Positions 57,456 through 64,000 of a stretch of DNA of 64,000 nucleotides are shown here, piece after piece. Every line of letters starts with the position of its first letter. The first letter of the stretch is position 1. The stretch is from positions 480 to 64,479 of the forward strand of contig JAFLCD010000012.1 in the NCBI GenBank assembly GCA_017302715.1, read 5' to 3'. The position numbers and the translations under genes were made by a program. The notes beneath the pieces were generated by a model, which made no database searches, was not told the DNA's origin, and worked only from the letters and a program-made list of their open reading frames with translations. The stretch is from Deltaproteobacteria bacterium (GTDB taxonomy: Bacteria > Bdellovibrionota > UBA2394).

Positions 57456-57528
57456 GGGCCCATAGTTTAACTGGATAAAACGGGAGTTTCCTAAACTTCT
57501 GTTCCACGTTCGAGTCGTGGTGGGCCCA
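57456..57528 (+). tRNA. tRNA-Arg (anticodon CCU), CCA not encoded
   Basis: Manual fold: acceptor GGGCCCA/TGGGCCC, D-arm GTTT-AACTGGATA-AAAC, anticodon arm GGAGT-TTCCTAA-ACTTC, 4-nt variable, T-arm CCACG-TTCGAGT-CGTGG, discriminator A. Confidence 0.6.
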
Positions 57529-57556
57529 ACTTTCATTAGCAGAAGTCTTCGAATGC

Positions 57557-58354
57557 TTGGTAAAATTTCTAATGTCCGCCACCACACCACAGGTCAGTTT
57601 GTTCGCTTCGGCTATTCGCGCCGAGAGGTGGTTGCCGTGGTACGAAAGACTTCGCGCAAATAATGATACGCGTTTTGAAGTTGTTTTTGTCGGGCCAAAA
57701 GCTCCGCTTGTTACACTGCCGCCAGAATTTCGATTTATTCAGTCCGATGTGAAAGGTTCTCAGTGTGCAGCGATTGCGGCTCAACAAACAAAAGCGCCGG
57801 TGATGTTGCAGGTCGTGGACGATGTCGAATATTCCGAGCACGCCATCGATCTGATGTATCGAGCACTTCTCGCCGAACCCAAAGTGATGACGACTGCCCG
57901 ATATTTTTACGGCGAGCGAGATGTTTCATGGTCGCAAAATTGTACGGGAACTTCGGAGCCTCGGTTGCCGCTCTTACCCGTGTGTGGAATGTTCACGCGC
58001 AAAGCTTACGAAGAAGCTCAAGGATTTGATCGCCGCTATCGACATGTATTTTGGGAACTTGATTTTTATATGCGACTGCTCATTCAGCATGGCTACGAAA
58101 CTCGTTTTGTGAATGCTCGCTGCGTAGAGCTTCTTGAAATCAATCCTTTCGAAGAACGACTTAGTACTAAAAGTCGCGATCACGATTACGCTCTCTTTAA
58201 TCTTATGTGGAATGTGGATGAATTTTTAAGCGGGCGTGCTCCCAAGCTAGCGCGGCGCTGGGGTTTTGAGGGTTTTGGCGGCGACAATCTTTTGGGAATG
58301 TCTTTGCCCAGTGCTGGCGATGAAACCACGCATTTGCCGATTTCTGGCCTGTAA
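57557..58354 (+). CDS. Putative GT-A-fold glycosyltransferase-like protein
   Basis: DxD-like VVDDVE and general family-2 GT N-terminal pattern; weak. Confidence 0.35.
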   Translation: MVKFLMSATTPQVSLFASAIRAERWLPWYERLRANNDTRFEVVFVGPKAPLVTLPPEFRFIQSDVKGSQCAAIAAQQTKAPVMLQVVDDVEYSEHAIDLMYRALLAEPKVMTTARYFYGERDVSWSQNCTGTSEPRLPLLPVCGMFTRKAYEEAQGFDRRYRHVFWELDFYMRLLIQHGYETRFVNARCVELLEINPFEERLSTKSRDHDYALFNLMWNVDEFLSGRAPKLARRWGFEGFGGDNLLGMSLPSAGDETTHLPISGL

Positions 58355-58367
58355 ATAGGCATAAAAA

Positions 58368-59273
58368 TTGCAGATAAAGGAGGTTATGGCAGGTCTTCAG
58401 CGTAAATTTATGGCCTCTGTTTTAGTGGGTTTTTTCATGCTCACAAGCTTTTCGATTCAAACTGAAGCTTCAGAATTTTTTTCGAAGAAAAAATGTCTCA
58501 TCGTTTTAGCGGCAGCGGCTACAAGTGGCGGATTGTTTTTGGGACTAAAAAATTCAACTATTGATAAAAGTTTATCGCAAAAAAATTCTGCTCGTGAAAT
58601 CCAAAGAAATCATTTCTCAGAAAATGAATTTGATTCAGCCCCTGGCAGGGGATTTTTAGCCAAAGAAAATGAAAAAACTTCGGTTCGTTTTGAGGTGCCA
58701 GAGATGCAAGATCTAAAGCAAATCGAAGCAGTTGAAAAATTGAGAGAAGAGTCGTTAAAAAGTTTCGTTGAAAACTCCGCGAGGCAGAAAGAGGAATTTG
58801 ATAGCGATATAGAGCCCGGAGATAACGAAAAAACTTTTGACAATTTAATGGCAAGAAAAGCTTTTGAAAATTTGCAAGAGTTTGCATTTGGAGGTTCCGT
58901 CGAAAAAAATATTGATCGGATGCCGAATCTTCTTAAGGCGGTTTGGAGTTCCAAAGATTATATAGACGATGTGGCTTTTGAAGCCTCTGAATTGCAAAAG
59001 AAAGATTGGAGCGGTGAGATTAAAGAGGAATCAACGGATGCCTTAGAGTTTTTTCTGATGTCGATGACTTATCCTCCCGAACTTCCTTCAGAAGCCAAAA
59101 ATATTTTCAACGAATACGACAATCAGATTCAAATTCTCTACACCATGCTCAAAGAGGCTTATCAAAATGGCGATGTGGATACTTCGGATGGGGTGAGCGT
59201 GCTCTTACGTGATCAGATCGCTCAGCAGTATGCGGCGACGGGTGCTATCAGTAGACCTCACAATCTTAAGTGA
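58368..59273 (+). CDS. Secreted acidic hypothetical protein
   Basis: Hydrophobic N-terminus MASVLVGFFMLTSFSIQTEA; E/K-rich. Confidence 0.35.
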   Translation: MQIKEVMAGLQRKFMASVLVGFFMLTSFSIQTEASEFFSKKKCLIVLAAAATSGGLFLGLKNSTIDKSLSQKNSAREIQRNHFSENEFDSAPGRGFLAKENEKTSVRFEVPEMQDLKQIEAVEKLREESLKSFVENSARQKEEFDSDIEPGDNEKTFDNLMARKAFENLQEFAFGGSVEKNIDRMPNLLKAVWSSKDYIDDVAFEASELQKKDWSGEIKEESTDALEFFLMSMTYPPELPSEAKNIFNEYDNQIQILYTMLKEAYQNGDVDTSDGVSVLLRDQIAQQYAATGAISRPHNLK

Positions 59274-59406
59274 TTTTTAAAACTTAGATTTAATTTACAC
59301 TTCATTAAATTGTTTCAGCTTTCTGAAAATTGAGACCCCATTGTTGCCTTGGCCTCACACTGTTACAATTTAATAGATATCAAATCACAAGTCGGTGGGG
59401 GCGCTA

Positions 59407-59780
59407 TGAAAAATATTTTTCTTTTTACTTTAGGTCTCGGAATTTTTTCATTTCAAGTCGATGCGGCGGCATCAAAAACAAAAGCACCAGAAGTCATGCA
59501 AGACGCTGGTGACGTTACATGCGGCTGTGAGGGTAAAGACACTGTCTGTGAAGATGGAAATGGTGTTGAAATATGTCGAGAGGTGGATGGCTATTTTTGT
59601 AAGCCGAAAGAAGGAGTTTCCTATCAACGAATAGGAGAGGGTGAAGCTTCAATGGATGAAAGTAAAATGACTCGCGGGGGTGGATTTAATCCTTTTGAGG
59701 GCCCTTATGATTGCGGAACAAATGCCGAGGGTCACAAGTATTGCAAAAATAAATGGAAGCGCACCGTTTGCTATCAATAG
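59407..59780 (+). CDS. Small secreted cysteine-rich protein (9 Cys in ~100-aa mature region)
   Basis: Signal peptide MKNIFLFTLGLGIFSFQVDAAAS; CGCEGKDTVCEDGNGVEICREVDGYFC... Confidence 0.4.
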
Positions 59781-59822
59781 TTTAAAGTAGCTGACATCAG
59801 AAACTTTCGTTAGGTTTCTGAA

Positions 59823-61193
59823 ATGTCACTTGATTCAAAACTTCAAAAATTTGCAGTTGATGAGCTATCTAAATTAGTAAGAATTCCTAGCATTAGTTTT
59901 CCTGGATTTGATCCAAAGCATGTCGAGAAATCTGGCGAGGCCACCGCAGAACTTTTAAAGCGCGTTGGCTTTCAAAACATTCAGCTTAAAAAAGTCGATG
60001 AATGTTTTCCGTACGTTGTTGGCGAGATTATCGTCGATAAAAAATTACCGACAGCGCTTTTATACGCTCATCACGATGTGCAACCTCCTGGCAGAGAAGA
60101 GATTTGGAAGACGGCTCCGTTTGAACCAACATTAAAAGACGGGCGTTTATATGGGCGCGGAACGGCGGATGATAAGGCGGGCATCTTGGTTCATGCGGCC
60201 GCTGCTGAATATTATAAATCTTATGTTAACTCGTCTGCTATGCCTATGAATCTCAAAGTCATCATCGAGGGCGAGGAAGAAATCGGTAGTTCGCATTTGC
60301 TCGAATTTTTAAAACAAAATCAAACGCAGCTTCAGAGTGACGTGATCATCGTTACCGACACCGCGAACATCGATTGCGGAGTTCCTTCGCTTACGGTGAG
60401 TTTGCGCGGACTCGTCGTCGTGGATGTCGATGTGCGATCGCTGAAAGCACCTCTACATTCGGGAATGTGGGGCGGGGGAGTTGTAGATCCCGTTCAGGTG
60501 CTTGTGAAAATGCTCGCAGCACTCACAGATAAGAGTGGAAATATTTTACTTCCTTCGATTAAGCCTTCGTTGCAAAGAAAATTAGAAATTCCTGTCGGCA
60601 AAGAAATTTTTGCGAAGCAGGCCGGAGTGCTAAAAGAGAATTCTGTTTCCGACAATTTTTGGCATCGCATTTGGTATGAACCTTCGCTTTCGATTAATGC
60701 CATTCAAGCGAGCAGCGAAAAATTAGCGAACAATGTGATTTGTGATCGGGCATTTGCGCGAGTCGGAATTCGTGTCACTAAATCTGAAAGTGGAGAACAA
60801 ATTTCAAAAGAACTCGTCGAGAAATTAAAAAATCTCTGTAAAGAAATTTCAAATGACTCCGTTGAACTTCATTTACACGCTCATTCTCCATCGAACGCTT
60901 GGGAAACCGATCCCAATTCAAAACAAAATGCATGGGCGTTTCGCGCTGCTGATCAAGCTTTACAAAAAGCGTTCGGAAGAAAATCAGTGAATATTGGCTG
61001 CGGAGGAAGCATTCCTTTTATTGGCCCCTTCGAAAAAGCTTTGGAGGCTCCGGTTATTACACTCGGAGTGGAAGATCCTTTTACGCTCGCGCATTCAGAG
61101 AATGAAAGCTTAGGTCTCGATGATTTTTATAAAGCCATCGAAGCAGAGATCGAAATGTTTCAAACTTTGGCAGCAGCTTTTAAATCGCGATAG
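59823..61193 (+). CDS. M20-family metallopeptidase/dipeptidase
   Basis: LYAHHDVQPPG...GRGTADDKAGI metal-binding motifs. Confidence 0.75.
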   Translation: MSLDSKLQKFAVDELSKLVRIPSISFPGFDPKHVEKSGEATAELLKRVGFQNIQLKKVDECFPYVVGEIIVDKKLPTALLYAHHDVQPPGREEIWKTAPFEPTLKDGRLYGRGTADDKAGILVHAAAAEYYKSYVNSSAMPMNLKVIIEGEEEIGSSHLLEFLKQNQTQLQSDVIIVTDTANIDCGVPSLTVSLRGLVVVDVDVRSLKAPLHSGMWGGGVVDPVQVLVKMLAALTDKSGNILLPSIKPSLQRKLEIPVGKEIFAKQAGVLKENSVSDNFWHRIWYEPSLSINAIQASSEKLANNVICDRAFARVGIRVTKSESGEQISKELVEKLKNLCKEISNDSVELHLHAHSPSNAWETDPNSKQNAWAFRAADQALQKAFGRKSVNIGCGGSIPFIGPFEKALEAPVITLGVEDPFTLAHSENESLGLDDFYKAIEAEIEMFQTLAAAFKSR

Positions 61194-62450
61194 TCAAAAT
61201 TGATGCAAATCGACGTTGAGATAATCGATCACCATAGATCTCAGTTGAGATCTTGAGTAGCCGAATTTTTCTTGTCGATCGGCGGCTTCAGCAAGTTGTT
61301 TAGAAATATCTCTTTTGACACGAAATAAATATTTTTTTGCCGCTTCGCGATCATTTTTTAAATCAAAGTAGCGAGCTTTAAAAAGCCAAATCAGATTTTC
61401 ATGATAATTTTCTAGTTCTAAATCTTCTGCACGATTTAAAAATTCGTAAGCTCTTTCTAAGGCTTCATCGCGAACTTTTGGATCTTCAGATCTCCAATAA
61501 ACTAAAAATTCTGTCCAAGCTGCGGTGAGCGGATACGCTGCTTCATCGGGCTGAAGTTTAGCGGCCTCTTCGATAAGGCGAATTCCTTCTTCAAAACGTC
61601 CTTCTTCGGTAAGCGGGATCACGGCTTTTCTAAAGTACGCATTTGCTTCTACAAAATCTCTATTGAAAGCTTTGCGACGTTTTAAACTGGGCAGTGAAAG
61701 ATAATCCGGATTTGCTCTCCATTCCTTGGAAGAAATCGGAAGAGGAATATAACTTCCTTCAAGTGGTCTTGCAAAAGGCATCGGTGGAACGGCCACATAG
61801 ACTAAACCATCTGAAGGTGCCAAAACGAGACTCTGTACATTCGATCTTTTGCCGATGGTGTTGCGAGGAGATTTATCTTTCCAAGATTTTTGGTAAACAT
61901 CGAACGACTCATGACTTGAAATGAGATCGATGGCGTCTTGCACCGTTGCTGCAGAAAAATTTTTCAGCCGCGTTCCTAAAACCATATGTCGATAGCGAGT
62001 GTCTGCGTAAAAAGAAAAGTCCAAAGCGAATTCATCTTTTTGCATGGCGGGATTAATCGCCGTATTGGTGACAGCGTTTCCGAGTTTTTCAAGCGGAGTG
62101 ACAAAAACTCCAAGAGGTGAGAGATCGACATTTACACTTCGATTTTCTTCAAGCGACGTTAAAATGAGGCGCCAGGTGGAAGACGTTCGATTGGCGCGCA
62201 GAATCGCTAAGGCTTCATCAATCGTACGAGCTCGAGATGAAATTTCTTCGGTGAGAGATAAAATCGGGCGGCCTTTAAGTGAGACTTGATCTACTAAAAG
62301 TTGGTGCAATGTAAGAGTTATTCCAGATTCATTGTGAGTGGTGAGAGCGCCAAAAGGCCCACCGAGAGTCGTGATGCTGGTGTAAGTTTGTTTTTCGCTA
62401 TCGGAAGAAGGATGTAAATATTCTACCGTCGAAATACCCGCCGCCATCAT
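61194..62450 (-). CDS. Continuation of C45-like hydrolase domain plus C-terminal TPR-like repeats; overlaps preceding ORF by 53 nt in another frame
   Basis: ITTLGGPFGALTTHNESGITLTLHQL resembles the G..G..GMNE.GL block following the nucleophile in C45 proteins. Confidence 0.4.
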   Translation of the reverse strand: MMAAGISTVEYLHPSSDSEKQTYTSITTLGGPFGALTTHNESGITLTLHQLLVDQVSLKGRPILSLTEEISSRARTIDEALAILRANRTSSTWRLILTSLEENRSVNVDLSPLGVFVTPLEKLGNAVTNTAINPAMQKDEFALDFSFYADTRYRHMVLGTRLKNFSAATVQDAIDLISSHESFDVYQKSWKDKSPRNTIGKRSNVQSLVLAPSDGLVYVAVPPMPFARPLEGSYIPLPISSKEWRANPDYLSLPSLKRRKAFNRDFVEANAYFRKAVIPLTEEGRFEEGIRLIEEAAKLQPDEAAYPLTAAWTEFLVYWRSEDPKVRDEALERAYEFLNRAEDLELENYHENLIWLFKARYFDLKNDREAAKKYLFRVKRDISKQLAEAADRQEKFGYSRSQLRSMVIDYLNVDLHQF

Positions 62451-63522
62451 AATCTAAATTTCTGCCGATGAGTTGACCGTTTTCACTTTGCGCAGGAGGC
62501 ACAACAAATGTAGAACAGCCCAAGCCCGGTAGCGCGCCAAACGCGCCGATGACTTTGGCCATCGCCGAATAAGATTGAGCGAGTAAAAACTGCCCAACAT
62601 CTGGAAGCAACACTGCTTTGTAAACATGCTCCAGCGAAACGTTTGCCCCTTTTGCAAAAGCAATGGCCTTTCGATGATCTTCAGGAGTGAGATTTTTTTC
62701 GAGGGTCGAAAAATATTCATCGTCGATATAAAGTTTAAGAAGATCTACAAGAAACGGAGCTGTGCGCACCAGCGGACTTTGCTCGATCGCCCGATCGATT
62801 CGATTGGCGTAAATCGGAAACGAAGTTTCTAAAATAATGTCCGAAACAAGTCCGCCGCGCTGACAGGCCATCTCTTCGGGCGAACCATAGAGATACATCA
62901 TCCACAGACCTTTATAAGGAATCATTTTCGCGCGATCAAAGTGCCTAGTGCCATCTGAGTCGATCACTAATTTTCCTTCGCATTTTACATCTAAAGATTT
63001 TCTCAAAGGTTTTTTGAGCTGCGACATTTGCATTGCCGAAGAATTTCTAATTTTTTCGTAAGACGACGGCGTGACTGCGTTTGGGCGAAGCCAATCCGAA
63101 TTTTGATAAGAGGCACGCACAAAAGGTGACGTAGATTTTTCTTGAAGGTGAAGAGGGTCCAGTTGAAATAATAAATAAGAAACTTCGGCGGGCAATTCGT
63201 CAGCTCGATCGTAGCGAGGTAAATAATATTGATCGTTTACTTTTCTTAAGATGACCCAAGCGGCCGTTTCATTGAGCTCACCTATAAAAGGTTCGGCTTG
63301 AACTTTCACGACAGAATAAGAAACGGCTTTATTAAAGCGAAATACGACTTCTGTGGATTTACGAATTCGATCTTCTCGAACAAGATCCGATTTTAAAAGC
63401 GGTTCGAGATCGCTTAAAATCGTTTCAATCGTATCGACAATATTTTCTTCGCTTGCAAAAAGATTATGTGCGCCCATTAAGCAGCACAAAATGCTGCTTA
63501 AAAACCAATGCCTCCCCAGCAT
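62398..63522 (-). CDS. Ntn-hydrolase (peptidase C45 / acyl-CoA:6-APA acyltransferase-like) N-terminal portion, secreted
   Basis: Signal peptide; autoprocessing-type nucleophile context GLGCSTFVVPP...GRNLDYD at extreme C-terminus. Confidence 0.45.
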   Translation of the reverse strand: MLGRHWFLSSILCCLMGAHNLFASEENIVDTIETILSDLEPLLKSDLVREDRIRKSTEVVFRFNKAVSYSVVKVQAEPFIGELNETAAWVILRKVNDQYYLPRYDRADELPAEVSYLLFQLDPLHLQEKSTSPFVRASYQNSDWLRPNAVTPSSYEKIRNSSAMQMSQLKKPLRKSLDVKCEGKLVIDSDGTRHFDRAKMIPYKGLWMMYLYGSPEEMACQRGGLVSDIILETSFPIYANRIDRAIEQSPLVRTAPFLVDLLKLYIDDEYFSTLEKNLTPEDHRKAIAFAKGANVSLEHVYKAVLLPDVGQFLLAQSYSAMAKVIGAFGALPGLGCSTFVVPPAQSENGQLIGRNLDYDGGGYFDGRIFTSFFR

Positions 63523-63627
63523 TTCCCCTCCGGTTTTTAACTCATCAAAATATGTTCAGTAGGTTTAGCCTCGCCCTCGCTCGCTTGCCTATGAATTCGT
63601 TTTAGCCAATCGAATTATAAAAATCAT

Positions 63628-64000
63628 CTAGAAGTTTGAAAGAGCGGGGCGCTGGTAAGCGCTTCGGTTGAGCTTCCAAAGTAAAATTCCGTTGATGGCA
63701 ATATGAATAAAACTTGCCAACCATAACGAATGCGTCTGCTGCACGATCAATCCGAGGATAAGGCCCATGAGTGTGCCGATGACGCTCCAAACCCACAGTC
63801 GCGGAGCGGGAATAAGATGACAAAGCCCAAAGAAAATGGCGCTTAACATAAGGCCAAAATGGCTCATCACCACACCTCGAAAAAACCATTCTTCGGTGAT
63901 TCCGCTTAAGAGGGCGAGGAGCACGATCTGCAAATGAGAAAACGGACTTAAAATTTGGCGAAAAACTTTTTCAAGTTCCGAAGCCCATTTCAAAAAACGG
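63628..64000 (-). CDS. CPBP-family (CAAX) intramembrane protease, C-terminal part; N-terminus beyond window end
   Basis: EEWFFRG, FGLCHLIPAP, FIHIAINGIL motifs. Confidence 0.55.
   Translation of the reverse strand, partial: RFLKWASELEKVFRQILSPFSHLQIVLLALLSGITEEWFFRGVVMSHFGLMLSAIFFGLCHLIPAPRLWVWSVIGTLMGLILGLIVQQTHSLWLASFIHIAINGILLWKLNRSAYQRPALSNF

Noticed and set aside
1-64000. CRISPR arrays, rRNA genes, IS transposases, integrases
   Set aside because: No direct-repeat/spacer periodicity, no rRNA-like conserved stretches and no DDE/tyrosine recombinase ORFs were seen

Overview
64-kb bacterial chromosomal window, Gram-negative. Gene content suggests a Bdellovibrio-and-like predatory lineage (many secreted hydrolases, TIGR02147-type HTH protein, moderate GC); this is an inference, not shown directly. 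A conserved housekeeping backbone runs through the window: 5'-truncated ftsZ; a pyk-psd-trmB operon; acs; mutL-miaA; accA-cmk; rpsA; sppA; HIT protein; tdk-infC-rpmI-rplT-pheS-pheT-ihfA; tRNA-Pro; ggt; dps; ihfB; tRNA-Arg; and an M20 peptidase. Interleaved accessory features are listed below.
- A family of about 50-78-bp GC-rich palindromic (REP/MITE-like) elements in three copies, two of which bracket a convergent methyltransferase/dioxygenase gene pair.
- A tightly packed ~10-kb minus-strand cluster (25.5-35.4 kb) encoding, in transcription order: a CxxCH-containing secreted protein, a lipoprotein, a TAT-exported DUF1501-like protein, a PSCyt1-like CxxCH lipoprotein, a ~1080-aa S/T-rich beta-propeller surface protein, a REC-DnaJ-TPR membrane protein, and a type IV pilin-like protein.
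- An AT-richer region downstream of tRNA-Pro (43.8-52.3 kb) with orphan ORFs, a GNAT acetyltransferase, a TIGR02147-like HTH protein paired with a secreted metzincin protease, a secreted ankyrin-repeat protein, and a HigB/HigA toxin-antitoxin pair. A 22-bp perfect palindrome occurs twice, bracketing the ankyrin/HigBA segment.
- An Ntn-hydrolase (peptidase C45-like) gene that appears split by a frameshift.
No rRNA, CRISPR array, transposase or integrase was recognised.
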